Assembly (NCBI GenBank): GCA_965285935.1
Contig: OZ260667.1
Location: 27,652,001 to 27,716,000 of the forward strand
Length of the DNA stretch: 64,000 nt
DNA from: Ophelia neglecta
Lineage: Eukaryota
Direction of reading: 5' to 3'
This document shows positions 1 through 14,300 of this stretch, piece after piece. Positions within the stretch are counted from its first letter, which is position 1. Each line of letters begins with the position of its first letter. The notes below the pieces were generated by a model, which searched no databases, was not told the origin of the DNA, and saw only the letters and a program-made list of their open reading frames with translations. The position numbers and the translations under genes were made by a program.

Positions 1-1133
1 ATTGAAATGCTTTTATGACATTGGCATTAACCAGGAAAGACACACGGGAATTTCGGGAAGATGCGCCTCATAACATTGGTGAAGTATTTGGCTGCCAAGA
101 ATGTCGTTGCGTGAAGCTAGAAAATTGCTCCAAATGTCTACAACAGAAACGACAGAGCACGCGTATCTGTACATCTCGAAAAGTTAGTCTGAGCTTGCTT
201 AGAAATACAGTGGAAAACACTGGCGTGTGTAGGAATTATTAAGGAAGTCTCTTGGAGGGTGGTAGTGTGGGATGGAAGTCGTCATATGGCTGGGAGTGGT
301 GGGTCTGGAATCCCCTGTCCCCCCCCCCTCGCCCCCACCCCGGCCGATTTTTGAAAAGGGATGCTCATCCTTCATACTTGCTCTGCCCTTTGAAACAACT
401 TGCAGAAAGAAGGGGGAGATCCAGACCCAGTCCCTCATACTACCAAGGCCTCCGGTAGTCCATAGGATCCTTCTTACACCCGTGTCTCTTTTCCTGCCTC
501 CGCCAGAAGACACAGGAAGGCGTACTCGTCCATCAATGGTCCTCCATTCTCCGTGACTCTCCAAAGTGGTTATCACTCTCTATAATATTGGCTAGCTCAA
601 GCAACCCGTTTCTCTGACTCATCATCGTCTGTTTGCCTGTCATTATAGTACTAAGCCTACAGGGAGTTGCCATGGCACCTCGCCATCGCTTCAAGGCGAG
701 GACGGAGTGACAAGGGGGAGGGCAGTAATAAGCAGTAATAGCCAAAGGGACACTGTGGGTCAGGAGATATAGTTGTCTTTCAGGCAATTGAAGCCACTCT
801 GCCTTTTGTATACACGCAGAGACAAGAAGACTGTAAGCACGACATTTTAGCTTTAGTCTGCATTGAAATCAAATGAAAGGCAAGGGCGTGCTTTTAAGAA
901 TAATATCAGGTCTGACCTTTGACTTCAAGGTATAAGAGACAGGTATGAAAGTATCAAGTGTAAACACAATGATACTTTTCATAGTGCATAAAGGCAACTG
1001 GAAACAAAGATAGATATATTTTTTGTTTACAGTCATCATTTTAATGTGAAATTAATTCAGATAGTACGCTTGTTGCGGTCGACTTTCGTAAAATCTCGAC
1101 TTAAACTAGATGACGACAATCACCTTTACTCAC

Positions 1134-1158
1134 TGTTGTTTACTGCTTGCTGTTGCAT
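1134..1158 (-). CDS. Candidate alternative first coding exon (MQQQAVNN + 1 nt, phase 1)
   Basis: Minus strand reads ataATG CAA CAG CAA GCA GTA AAC AAC A|GTGAGT. 25 nt = 8 codons + 1, with A at -3 and a consensus GTGAGT donor. Confidence 0.3.
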
Positions 1159-2560
1159 TATAATGTAATTCAGTATCAGATGAAAATATATTATACACTG
1201 TGACCATTTAACGGTAACATGGCCATCAAACGTCAAATTAAATTGGAAAAACATGTTTTCAAGCGATAGCTATTAATATTGCTTTCAAAACCTCGAAATC
1301 AAATTAGAATTGGAGACTTGGAATAACACAAGAAAAAAAAGGAACGTTAGTGTTGCCATCACGGATCCAAACATGATAAGGTTGGAGGAGGTAATGAACG
1401 AGGATCAACTTCGCAGGCGTATCCAGGCGAGTATTTTTGTCAGGCTATATGGTCCCTGAAGACATGTGCCCATTGAAACCCAATTCGTCTTTGTTTGATA
1501 ATGCCACAAATGAAAGATTCTCCTCGCTGGTATCGAGAGAGTGTCTCACTTCAACTGGAACAATTGCTTCTGGGGCAAAAATAAATCGATAAAACCTGCA
1601 AGAGTCGTAAGCCTTGTTGTGTTAGTGAAGAATTAAGAACGTTACGAAGCAAGGGTGAGAGCCTTTATCACGCAATGTCTTGTTATTGAGTCGAAACCAT
1701 TCACACACAATCCTATCTTACCCTGCTGAATTACGAATTAGTGGAATCTTTGCAGTGATCTCACTAATGAATAACTGTGAAAATGGACATCCTTTGTAAG
1801 GAGTTAAGTTGGCTCAATGAATGGCTATAATGAATAGCCATTTCTAAGGGGCTTAGTGTTCCTTCTTCATGAGTCTGATCAAAGATGCATTTGTTAGGCC
1901 ATGGAAAGCAGGCATTGCCTGGAGAGGGAATAACCAGCAGTACATAAACAACCAGGCTCTGCAGATGAACTGCTCTGATATCATAGTGTAGGATAAAATA
2001 GAACCAGATCACACCTGCTTAATTCCTACAAAGTATCAATTTTTTACAGTAAACCTCGTTGTGGCTGATTTTTAATTATATTATGGGTTCATAATAGCTA
2101 CCTCCTTTGGAGATTATGTAAATGATTTCACGATTACTCACTCTAAATTAGCCATAAACTGCCATAGCCGCTTGGACCTCCGTCAATAAACACCCTAGAG
2201 AGCAATGACGACATTGATTTAGGAAGGAGACTCAAACTAGGTCACGTAGCTCCAAGGCCCGCTGTCTTTGCTCCCTTTACACCGACCACAAAGCCGTAAC
2301 CAGACGAGCGGAAAATAGTGGCGGCAAAATGATCTGAATTTTCATCCTCCAGTGGATCAAACCATTGCTCATTTATCATCTTGCGTCTGACACAAAACTC
2401 GTTCGTACGAGATCAGCAGCAAGATTTGTGAGGGTAATTTCCAAGACACAGTTTTAGGGCTTTGCGAGCCATACTCTAAAGACCAGGTCCTGCTTCTGCC
2501 GAGATCGGTTGAACAAGAAGCCTGGCTCAGAGAACCCAATCAATGCCGTTAATTACTCAC

Positions 2561-2750
2561 CGGCAAAAGCTTCTCCTTTGTTTGTTGCAGAAAATAGCAC
2601 TTTGGGTAGAATTTGTGTGTTCTTGCTACTGGTAATTAAATTATTTCCTAGGCTTCCTATACTCAACCACTAGTGTCAATTCCCATTAGCATGCAAATTG
2701 CTCACTCATCACAACCAATCATGAAAGCCATTGGCAACCAGCCTATTGGG
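2561..2750 (-). promoter_or_regulatory. Candidate promoter and non-coding first exon
   Basis: Minus-strand donor CCG|GTGAGT (plus-strand actcac at 2555-2560). Upstream of it lie an octamer ATGCAAAT (2691-2698) and three CCAAT/ATTGG boxes (2715, 2730, 2745). No in-frame ATG. Confidence 0.25.
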
Positions 2751-4489
2751 GCATGTACGTAATTAGCCATTTACAAAAGATAGCGATATCCCATCCCTTC
2801 AAACTCGAGATGAGTACAAATAAATTGGAGTTGTCCAAGAGGACTCTAATAACATATACAGTAGTGATGCTATTATAGGGCACCTGCCTCCCCGTCAGAT
2901 CCACAACCTGCCTGGAGACAGCCAGCCGTTTAGCTGACATCAAACAGACAGAGATGTGCCGGATGTTGGGAAATCGTCTGCGCCTAATTCAATAAGCCGC
3001 TCGTAAACAATGGAGCAAGGGACACATGGACAAGTTACTCTCGTTATTACAAAGTGACAACAGACGACAAATCGACGTGCCTAGCTACGATGAACAAGGC
3101 TAATATTACAGCAGGGTTAAGTATACAATAACACCTACCACGGGCGTTCAGAGTGCTGGCATGTGTGTATGCCGCTGCCAGTCCAGATATGTGGTTCATC
3201 TTTCCTGTGTGGGCACAATGCAATGATGCCTAGTAAATATAAATCTGGTACATCGTAGGAGTCAACACATCAAACAGTAGTTACACCGAAACGAGAGCTT
3301 ATTTTCCTCTTAACTGATGATACGAATACACATTATGTTGAAAGTAACTCAGAAGAAAGCATCCATGCCATTATGGCAAATCCTCATTGAATAATATAAG
3401 TTAAAATTTCCATTCATCAAGTTCAAATGATTCCCAATGAATGAAGGTTTCTACTATTTCGAACCACCAATGAAAATAAGCCGTTAAATACTCAAACAAA
3501 AATTAGACATTACAAGGTGCCTTCTTCAAACTGTCGTCTGTGCGAGATATCCTATCGCGTTCTGGTAGTCCAGAGTTACGTTATTTGTCTTACTCCTGGA
3601 GCCAGTTGCCTGTCTGTAGCTCACGCCGCAAGTAATGCTCTTCTGCTTAGCCCCTGGAAAGACGCACATGGCCTCAAAACGAGCTCACTCCAACGCTTTA
3701 ATCGCCTTCTGCCACACCCGGAGTGTCCTCCCTTCGGTTATTATGTCAGAAAAATTCGTGTCAAGGTTCATTGCCCCCTGCGCTCGTGGCGAGCAATGCT
3801 CGGACCTGATCTCAGGCGGCCAATGGGATGGCAATGTGCTGAGAAAATCGCCTTCAAAATGGCCGCAAAATTGAGTTAGTTCCATAAACGCAATGTGGCC
3901 TACTTTGAAGTGCTCGGCAATGGGAAACTGATGATGATATGAGGTTGGGGGCGTGCGAGGGAAGTGATCAGGATCAAAAGTACAAGGGCTTCAATAATGT
4001 CTTTACCTTACCTAACATTAATGCTTTTTCAAGTCGGCTGGTTGGGCCATAAGATAAAGTACTGCCCCCAGCGCGGAAAGTTTGTCTTCAGGGTACATTT
4101 GAAAAAATATGTCAAATAACTACGTTCAAAAAATAATAAACGAACCGTTGCCAGGGATGATCATCAGGAAGGGTAAATTGCAAATGTTGTTATAACACTG
4201 CAGCTACGAACGAAGCTTCAAAATAACCATCTCGTCAAAGCATAATGGAAACAGGAACCTTTGGCCACCTTTATCTCGAAAACCCACAACACAATCATCT
4301 TCTCTCAGTTTCAGCCCACAACACACAAGCCCAATGTAATCATATAAATAGGCATAAAGTAATGAAGAACAAGAAAATGATCACTGCTGGAGGGGCAGCG
4401 TCATATCGATTGTCAATAATTAGGAAAGGTAACAAAGGTATGCTTTGGCCTGTCGCCGGCAGAGAGGGGTATAATACGTCCGTTGGTTA

Positions 4490-4881
4490 TGGGACACTGG
4501 CTGGTTGCCAGTGGCTTGACGGCAGGGACCAATGTCCATCCCTCTGCAATAGACATATGTCTACACTTCTGAATATAACATGCAATGGTTTTCTGTGGTC
4601 TCACGTCAGGGACTCATTAATATGGTTATACTTCTGTTTTATGCCTGCTCGCAATGAGACGCACTCTAGCGGTGAGTCATGTCAGGGATGTGTCCATACT
4701 TTTGTTATGGACATACATTGGTTGTCTGTGGTCTGAAACAAGAGAAAGGTGTCTCTAGTTTCGTTTTGGACATACACTGGTTGTCTGACGTCTGACGCCA
4801 AGGACAGTTGTCTATAGATCTCTCTTGGCCACATACTTGGTGTCAGTGTTCTGACGCCAGTAACAGATTTCTATACTTCTG
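4490..4881. repeat. Degenerate ~59-bp minisatellite, left part
   Basis: Recurring unit resembling gtctgacgccagggacagNtgtctatacttctgttttggacatacactggttgtctgtg. Unit starts at about 4731, 4790 and 4849, with more diverged copies further left. Confidence 0.7.
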
Positions 4882-6951
4882 TGTTAGAATTTTTTAATTG
4901 GCTGAGACATGTCCCTATTATTCTCTATAAGATCGCAGCACAATAACAAATATTGCAGCATGGACAGTGCTCTGGCCCAATATGAACACAGAATGCCACA
5001 TTGAACGCTGCACAACAGAAACATATATGGGATAATAAAGAGGGAATGATATTTCCTTATTTAAAGGTGGAAAAAGGACCCATTCTCTTATGAAGGTAAT
5101 TTGAAAATTACTCTTCTTCGCACCTTTAGGCTAACATCTGAATTTGTGATACTGTCCATGTTCACGAAATGGACTAATATCTTATTAATCCCTTACAAGA
5201 TGTAGATTGGAAGGGATACTCCAGCTTACACTTGACAACATTAAGGCGATAGGCTCTTGAGGAGCGGGTAGACAAAGGAAGGCATGTACACGAGGTACTG
5301 TTACATTGGACACAAAATGAACGTTCAGTTTAAAATGCAACAGCGGTCCACCAGGGAGGAAAACTATTAATGCAACATAAAGTCTACTTTAAGAATGAAC
5401 TGGAGGATCATGCTAACCAATCAGGATAATCAAAAAGGTGCGTTTAAAAACTGTGATTACATATTGTCTTCGTGGAACAGATGTGTTTTGCCCTGGATTA
5501 GCAGACGATATCAACCTTGTCTCGACAAGCAAATACCGATTATATGAGCTCTTTAATGTTGTTAGCCTTTCCTGTAGAAAATGGAGAAACTGAACAAATG
5601 CGTTGCATAATGTATGCTGGGGGATTTGGTGCGGGGTATCAGCAGCTAGGGTTAGCCCCTGTGTAATGCTGGCAAGGGTATGGAGCAATCGAGAATGCTT
5701 GGACAAGAGTTGGAGACAAATGAACGCTTCCATGGACGTAAGAACGACCAAGTGCAGCATGTCTCTGAGTCATCTGCAATTCGCAGTCGTTATACTCAAT
5801 TGTCCATATGGTCTGTAAATACTGCATCCGGGGCCGGCCCATATGGAAATATACTCGAACTGATCCTCAGAAGATTGGCTAGGGCTTGTTCTATGCAGCT
5901 GACACCCCAGATCTGGTCTCATTTGGACAAGGTAGCATCCTTCTACTACAAGCGGAAACAGGTACTTATGAGCATTATGCCAGTGTCTTGTTCCTGTATA
6001 TGTAGAAAATGTCGATCAGGGTGCTCTTGCCCGGTAACGTATTGGTCAGCTTTCTCCCATGAGCCCTATTGGGGGTGGCATTGCTACGTTTGAAAAGTAT
6101 AACATATGTGAACTCTTAACTCTTGGCTCTGTTTAGGATGCAGTATACGAGTGCCACACTTGGTCATCACACTTGATTTCAGCAACCTAAAAAGAGATGG
6201 GAAACTAATGGACAGTACAATGTCTTTCCAACTCTTTCCAACTCATCTCTTGGTGATGAGTTTAATGCCATTGCGACAGAATATCAAATGATTCGTTGGT
6301 TGGAAGATGCCCATAAAATGGGAGCGGTACGCATCTGTCAACTATTATGGAGCTTCTGACTAGGACCCAGAATGGTATGCACAAGCAGGGCTATTATACA
6401 TCACAGATAGATGGGACCACTGTCGCCCATGCTAGGAAATTGACAATGATTTGAGCCATTTCTGGCTGCGATGTCTGACCCAATCGAGATAGAAGGAGTG
6501 GCTTTTCTGCCTGAGGGATGACTTAGGTGGGACTCAAAAAAGTGTACCTGCTTTTAAATTGGACGGTAACAAGTACCCAGATGATAAAAAACAAATAGGT
6601 TTGGCCATCATATCTATGTTAACAAACGGTTAATATCTGTAGATTTACAGGGGTGTTCATAATATATGAAAGATAGACCTGATAAATCGAACTGGTTGTA
6701 AAAAAGTTTAATTGACACTACGTAACGTGTGTTCCCCTTTTTACTCTTTGTTTTCTGTTGTTCCTCCCTTTAAACCGAAAATACTGTTGTTGCTATGGAT
6801 TCATACAACTATTCATCGATTGTACTATGAATTTGATCCTATGATTTATGATATGTATCTCGATGTAAATAAACACCATAATGAATTGTTTCATTAGCTC
6901 TGCACAAAGTGGAGGATAAGAAAAGGATTACCGGATGTTAGTAGTCTTACA
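4882..6951 (+). mobile_element. ~2-kb insertion in the minisatellite: decayed coding sequence followed by an LTR-like 3' end
   Basis: Begins TGTTAGA and ends TCTTACA (imperfect inverted termini). It carries broken reading frames, then a short purine run (acagggg) before TG at 6654, AATAAA at 6868 and CA at 6951. No TSD found. Confidence 0.45.
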
Positions 6952-7185
6952 CCAGGAACATGTGTCCATTCTCGTCTATAAGACATGCACTTGTTGTCTG
7001 GTCTGATGCCAGGGACAGATGTATATACGTAACTCTGCTTAAGAAATACTAGGTATAGCTGTGGTCTGAAGTCAGGGGCATATGTCTATACAGAATTCAG
7101 CCAATGGTCTGAAACCAAAAGACAATACTTGTGTATTAGACGCACATCGGCTGTCCGTGGTGTCTCCAGAGGCAGGTGACTACTT
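6952..7185. repeat. Degenerate ~59-bp minisatellite, right part
   Basis: The same unit resumes after the insertion (gtctgatgccagggacagatgtatatac; gtggtctgaagtcaggggcatatgtctatac). Confidence 0.65.
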
Positions 7186-8029
7186 TTAATATTTTATATC
7201 TACACAGACGACACGTAGTTCAAGGCTAGTTAAACTCGGATACCGTGGATTTTTTGACCCTCCTTTATGTGTTCTGCTAGAGGCTTTTTAGGAAAGCAAC
7301 GTTTTGCAAGAAAGGCTCAATCGTTTTGTGACATTTTGTAAAAGGAAGGGACCTATTGATTTTGACTGCTGTGAGTCAATTTCCATTTGGCGGATTCATC
7401 AGAAGATGAAAAGAAGTTCCACAAATTTTGAATCGAATTTCCAACTCCCGGCGTGTAGACGCTTAACTGTCATTTTATCCATCTTATTTCAATCATAGTG
7501 TGCAGATTTATGTGTTCAGCCGTGAGATTTTATTGATTTCTTCTCCCATTAGCTGCAGCTTTGTAATGATATTTCGCTGCAAGTCATCCCCTGCGCAAAG
7601 GGTATGACAACAATTTATAAGATGAATTATCGGTTATTATTACAACAACAAAACAGATTTGTTACATACGTAAAGCAGTATTTGGTATAACACAAATTGG
7701 GGGTACCAACAGTATATACTCATGGTTTATATTCGTCTGGCCTTATGTATTCATGTTATCGACGATAATTTGACGTGGCTGTTCTAAAATTTTATAATAT
7801 TAATATGAAGCATGTTTGTTTTTAAAATATGCGTTGGACTGCTCTTCTCGTGTCTTAATTGTATACCATAAAAGGATATTGTTTTCCGATCATGTCAAAC
7901 AATTAATGATAATGAGCCCTACATTCTTAATCATATTAAATTGTTTATATTTGCAACAGGCCGGTCCTTGTCTGAGGCTACACTCAGTTATAGTTAGGTG
8001 TAGTTGTAGGCTATATATAAACCATCGTC

Positions 8030-8313
8030 TGTACCTTCAGACTCTCTCATCAGGTGTTATAGAAACGCCATCTTACTCTCTTTTCCAGTCAATTGTTCCA
8101 AGACAAATTGGAAGAGGCCACCAACAGGTCGTGAGGCGGCAGAATGGTGATACATGCGAGTACTCGCTCTGTCGTGAAGGTCCTGTCAACTACCCTCCGG
8201 GGCTTTAGGAACTGCCTTGCGTGAATACCCAAAGTACATGCTTTCCGTGGACAATTATAAGAGTGTAAAAGGTCGATGTTGGTAATTATGGTGTCCAATG
8301 TCGTTTGATTCAT
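8030..8313 (-). pseudogene. Probable relic of a non-LTR retrotransposon (LINE) ORF2, endonuclease C-terminus and linker
   Basis: TLDTIITN...Y..P....LG resembles the TLDLIITN..Y..P...LG.SDH motif that ends APE endonuclease domains. A frameshifted TIDW follows, as in the EN-RT linker. Recognised by eye only. Confidence 0.4.
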
Positions 8314-11300
8314 TAAGGCCTTAAGTTGTAATTAGGTTCTAAGATAAAGAAGACCCCTTGTGAATTCGCTTTCATCTTGAATCAGATTTGCTCATAAAAT
8401 CACGTTACAACCAACGAAGTCAAACGTAGAAAGTCACAGTAAAAATAACAAAGTGCAATTCAAGCCTAGCCATTTGAACTGCATGCAACAACATATAACG
8501 GTGCAGTAGTTTTAGGCCAAAACAACAGTTCCCATGGCGTGCTTTGGTGAAGCTAAATGTGAGTATAGGTGCTTAGAAAAGGGAGTAGATACCCGACACA
8601 GACAAAGCAAAATCATTACTTAGGAAGTATCAAAAGCATAGGATTAGGTTTTACCTTACAAATTTGCTGTTCATATGAAATAGATGCAGTGACGATGTGT
8701 TAGTGGAAATTCTACCGTTTGAGATTCAACTCAATTTCGACAGTTTGTTTCGGACAAGTTAAGTCATGCCTAGAATAGGAATCCATTTCTCTTGTAGTAT
8801 GATATTCACTACAATATATGGAAACGCAAGGCTGCAATACCTTATCAATTGCAGTGACGATTATTAATTCAATGAATTTTATTGGACAGAAAGGGGCCTA
8901 TCCATTTCTCTAATAGCCTTGAATATTACCACGGAGTTGCCAACTGCAACTTATGATAACGGGAGGTCGTTAGGTTATGGTGCACATGGTTCAGGAGATA
9001 TGATGGTGACAAACAGAAGACGAATTAACGACATCTATCCAAGCATGAATTTTGAGATTCATTTTATTGACCCTGGGATCGATGTGGTCAGCCTGTTCCG
9101 TGAATAATCAAGGAGAAACAAGAATGGCTTATTGATCTTGCTAAGGCTAAAACGAATGTGAAACCAGAGCCATTCGAAACCTGACTTAGTATTCACTGCA
9201 CCATATTGGTAGCCCTTACTTAAAACACACATTAACTTAATAACATTTTTCTTTTTTTCAATTGCTAAGTGTGTAACGGACATTCATGCCATTAACCAAT
9301 GTCATGTGCCCCAAAGTCTGGTATGGCATGGCGTAAGATATTTCGCATGCTTACAACGCTCGATTCAGTTGAAACATCTACCAAAGGCCTAGTGGAAAGC
9401 CCGAACAATAATTTTATTACAATCAGATTCCAAGGTTCTTATGGTTTCTAGCTAATGGGGTACTTCACAGCTACATCTTTGTCGTGTGGGTTAAAGGTAT
9501 AAAAAAGTGGTCCAGTAATACACCTAAAGTGGATATAGCTTGACACAACAGAGCCCAACTGGCTACGAATGGCAGACATAACGATTTTCAAAGAAATGGA
9601 AAGAGAGGTTTCTTCATCTCACATGATTCACATATTCTCTGGTGCATTAATCCAAAATAGTAGCTGTCGAAAAACCTATTATAAAATCTGGGTATTATTC
9701 GACCTTTCGTTGTGACATTTTTTTCGAGGTAAAGTGCGCTCGAAGTATAGAAGTTTAAAGGAAAGCAGCTTTCCAAAGTCCACTTAACTAAGAATTTATG
9801 GCAAAACATCTGTTATCCACTGTTCCGTACTATGTGCTAGATGTAAGTGTCTTCGTTTTAGACGAGCAATTTAGTGACAGAACCATCAGACATGGCTTCC
9901 ATTAGAGCTTTTAGGCTGTCCGGTTGTATTATGCAACGCACTTCACGTCAACCCCCACCTCCTAGACCCCCCCCCCCTCTGTCTCCCTTGCCAATGCCGA
10001 GGTATTACAGACAGCCTGGATGTAATTTAGCATTGGACAAACCTCTACAAGATTTTATGATCGGATTGGGAATACTTGGACGCTCATACAGCATGAAAGC
10101 AATCAATACTCAAGAGTAGGAAGTAGAAAATGTTGGCCTTGACGAGACTCAATGAATCTATGTGCAGTGATATCATGGCCTATTGAGTCAGCAGGTCGTG
10201 AGAGGCTTATAATAATGCGTAGCATACCTGTCGAGATTGTTTAGCATATAGCCCTTGAATAGAGAACCTACAGTGAAGTACTACGTCTCAAAGTAAGACA
10301 TGAGCAGATAAAATGTAATTTCTGTATTTTCAAATCTAGATTATGATTTTACTTGTGTTCTACAACGAGCACAGTTTTAATCCAAATCTATTAAAATGTT
10401 TAACTGCATCTTTTAGTATCTTTAACTACAAAACAATGTTCAACCAAATCAGTATTTTTCCGAGCATTTCTTCCGATCAAATATCAAATCTGTATTTCTG
10501 CACTGTTTGTTTATTTCCCAAAACATTGAAAAAGACGCAATATAAGCAGTGTCATAAAGCAGATATCAAGATAAAATGAATGTGGCAGAAAGGGAGGATG
10601 AAGCATACAATGCGTTTTGGTCTCCAAAAATGCAATTGAAAAAAAGACAATATATCTTAACGGAGAGCCTTTGAGCAAGAAGAGATGTATTTAAAACAAC
10701 ACTGACATGGCAAATGTTTACCCAATTAGAACCTAAGTAAAGGCCGTATAATAAAAAAAAACACGAACATGAAAAATATTAAATATAACTATATAAACAA
10801 GATATAAATCTCTATTATGCTAACACCCTTAGAATGCTACTTTTCTCATTACCTTTTCATAAAATAGAATCCGCAAAAGGACTACACCAGTGTACTGAGT
10901 TATTACTTTTAACAGCTCAACAGCATTTCCATGATAATAACCGCGGAGTCTCACTGAATTTCCCGAAGTATTTTGTCGAAGAACTAGTGCATGAACCTAG
11001 GGAACAAGCAATGGTGTTTCAAACCTGCTTTAATAGAGGTAAACTAATATTGTGTTTAATAACTATGTATTTCATTGTGCTGATCATCAAGGAGAAGAGA
11101 TAATTTCCTAACAACAATCAAAACATAAAACATAGAAAAAGTAACAGGCCTTTTTTTCTAGTTTGTTAATGGAAATGGTAAAATAAACTGTGCAATATTT
11201 CAGTGTAAAACATCCTAATATATTTGATTTCACTTAAAATTTCCTCTTCACACACATGAATCAATCAGCAGAATTATTAAATCAAATCATTCATCAATAG

Positions 11301-14300
11301 CAATCTAACTGATGGTAATTTCCCATTTCAAAAAAATAATACACCTGATATGGTAAATATTAGATGGTGGAGCGGATGCGGATGGAGCTTTTGCCCAGAC
11401 CGAATTGATCTTCCTTGCCTAGTCACTAATCAGATATTCTTCTTCTCCATGGTTAAGTTTGGTAAGCAATTTTCTAGGAGATCTTCTTATTTGATCAAGG
11501 ACTGGCTCAGTGCCCAGTGTATTCAGGACTTCAAGTTGAAGGGGTGGTAAGACATGTGTAGGAGCTGGTGAAAGCAGCGAATAAGTATCTATGCTCGCCA
11601 GTCAAAAGATCTAAGACTGTCGACTGGGGTCATCTTTAACTGGGATGTTGGTAAGGGGGTGTCTCTTCCTAGACGGGGTCCCAGGGACCTAGCCCCTAAC
11701 CCTCCTGGGAGGATGCACCCATCCTTTCTTTACTATCCCTGCATCAGCTTTTGGTCCAAAATGGGGACTCCTGACTACCGTGTGCTCCACCGCACACACC
11801 CCACCGTACGGCATTTCATGAAGAGAGATGTGTGACATACGAGAAACACAGATTGCGTCTTGAGCCGTCATCTCTATCGTTGCAAGTTTTCTAAATGTTT
11901 TCAAATACATCATTGTTCTAGTTAGGCTGGCAGTTTGATTAGCCTTTGTGTATTGCTGCAGTCAGGATTCGATTTCATTGGTACAACTGTCATGAGCGAG
12001 CCCAACCCGTTACAAATCACCCCAATTATTGCTCCCAACCTACACCCCGTCTGTCGGTCCAAATCAAAGAGAGTGGATGTTCAATGTGACCCAGAAGATA
12101 AAAGTTTCTATTTGTTCGCTTGATAGTCATGATCACCTAAAAAGGGCCAATATATCATGCAAAACTGGCAGTGGGTTGTCGCAGGATTGCCATATCTTAA
12201 GTTGAGAATCTTGGGAAATGTCCATATGAACGAACTTGAATATGAATTACATAGTGGCTTCTACATTTGGGCTTCCACTTTGGGCGTTGTAACTATTGAG
12301 CTCTGATTATTCGACATGTACAATATAAGTGTAATCATACTAAGACACCCTTATGAAATACCAATTTAAAATCTTTCCAGACTCAGATTCAGTTCCCATG
12401 CTAAACTGCCGTGAGACACGGGGAAAGTTAACAGTCATTACCACGAGTAAGTCAATAAGTCATATCAAACCTAAAAACGTCTTGAATGAACCCTTGTCAT
12501 ATTCGACAAATCCAAGGATGGACCAGACGCCCTAATTGGGTGTCACATTTTTTTTCTTTTTTTTGCACTATAGGAACCGCGCAAAAGACATACTGCTGAG
12601 GTCCATCTCCACGGATTTATAACACGGTATCCATCCAAACTTAAGACATGGCAAGAAATGTACGAGTTTATAATGGAAAAGAGCCAACTCACATCTACGA
12701 ACTTAAATCACACGCGGCAATGTATCTCAGCGAGTAGCGTACTAATACATATTATGTAGGCATATATATACATAACCCATATTCCAATTTTCAAAACTGT
12801 AATGTAACGCATATGAAATTTTAATGAAGGCGTCACCACAGATGAACATTCAATGGTACTTTAGTTTCTTGGACACCAAGTTTTTGGAAAAAAGATTATC
12901 AACCATTGAGCTCACTGACAGGTTTGGAATACTGCACGAGTGATGGCAGGGATCTATTTTCTCTCAAGTATTGCAGAATTAGATTAGGCCTAATGAATGC
13001 TAATTGCCAGGTGTGTTTAGCTTTCATGTTGATATCGGCGAAATTGCTGTTATATACCTTGGGTGCACGTTGAAACAAAACAAAACAAAAATATATGTCT
13101 ACGTTAAAAGTAGCGATGCATAATTGTCTTATATGGTAGATATTGGTAAATGCATGAATAGCTCCTCTCTTTTTTAAATATGGAAATATTGGCATTATGG
13201 TACATTCTCTATATAATAAACTACATAACTATGCCTACATAATTATGATCACGTAATAATCACTTTTGAGACTAATGCATACAGATCCTTAGAATGTACC
13301 ATTTAGTATGAAAACATCTAATGTCGCTGATATGAATGTGACCCTTATGTAGAATCAATTTCTTTTGAATGGTAGTGATGAAACTTTGTTCAACAAATAT
13401 TTTTTATACAAGTATTTTGACAATTCATAAGGGAATTATTATACTGCAACGTCAATGCGTCTTTCTATTCAAGCCACTAGATTCACTTAAAGCTAGACGT
13501 TAATGCATTAAGAGGTTCAATGCCATTGCTGCTTCACCATTTGGTGAAATGACAATGATTTAACTCACAAGAATTAATTTGTGTTTTGCCTCTGGAGATG
13601 TTATTAAAAATGATTCGCTCCAACTGTTCTTTTTATATTCGTTTCAATGCACCATCATCTAGGTTATACCTCTAACTCGTCTGCCTTTTCGTTCATGTTC
13701 CAATAGGATATTTAAATAAATACAAATTCATGATGAACTATACACGAACGTCTTTTTATAATTTATATTACAAACCATTTGAGAAAATTTCAAATACTCT
13801 ATCTCTTATTTCTACATGGGCTGCAGCCTATGAACCATATAATGAAACGATATGACAAAATTAAACATCAAATATACAAATTATGATATCAGTGGGTAAA
13901 TTGGTTTGTTCCATAAACAAAAGAGAAATTACTTTTATTTATATTAGTATATATTGCCATATTAATTTCTATTTACCAACCTGGATGAGAAGGAATCTGT
14001 GGCAGCCCAAAATCAAACAGCACACACATCAATACCGTTGTAGATTATTCAACTTCAGAGCCATACGGTCATTCTGCCGGGTAACTTTATTCTTTGTCAT
14101 AACAAACAAGCTAATCATGCAGTTAACTACCGGAATCAACTTTACCGGCATCTACCTTAATGTGTATTATTGCTAGTTCCACTGCCGGAATGAGAAATCA
14201 GTAGATCTGTAAATATTGAATGCACATGATGACAAGGTGTGACAGCTTCTCTCTGAGATTGGATTATTACTATCTCTTGCTCTGATTAATCAGGACCTCA

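Noticed and set aside
15-790. Overlapping Pro/Gly-rich ORFs at the window start
   Set aside because: Driven by a C-run and locally higher GC. No identifiable domain or convincing splice pair.
4490-7185. Regularly spaced repeats as a CRISPR array
   Set aside because: Whole units are similar (no unique spacers) and highly degenerate, there are no cas genes, and the context is eukaryotic.
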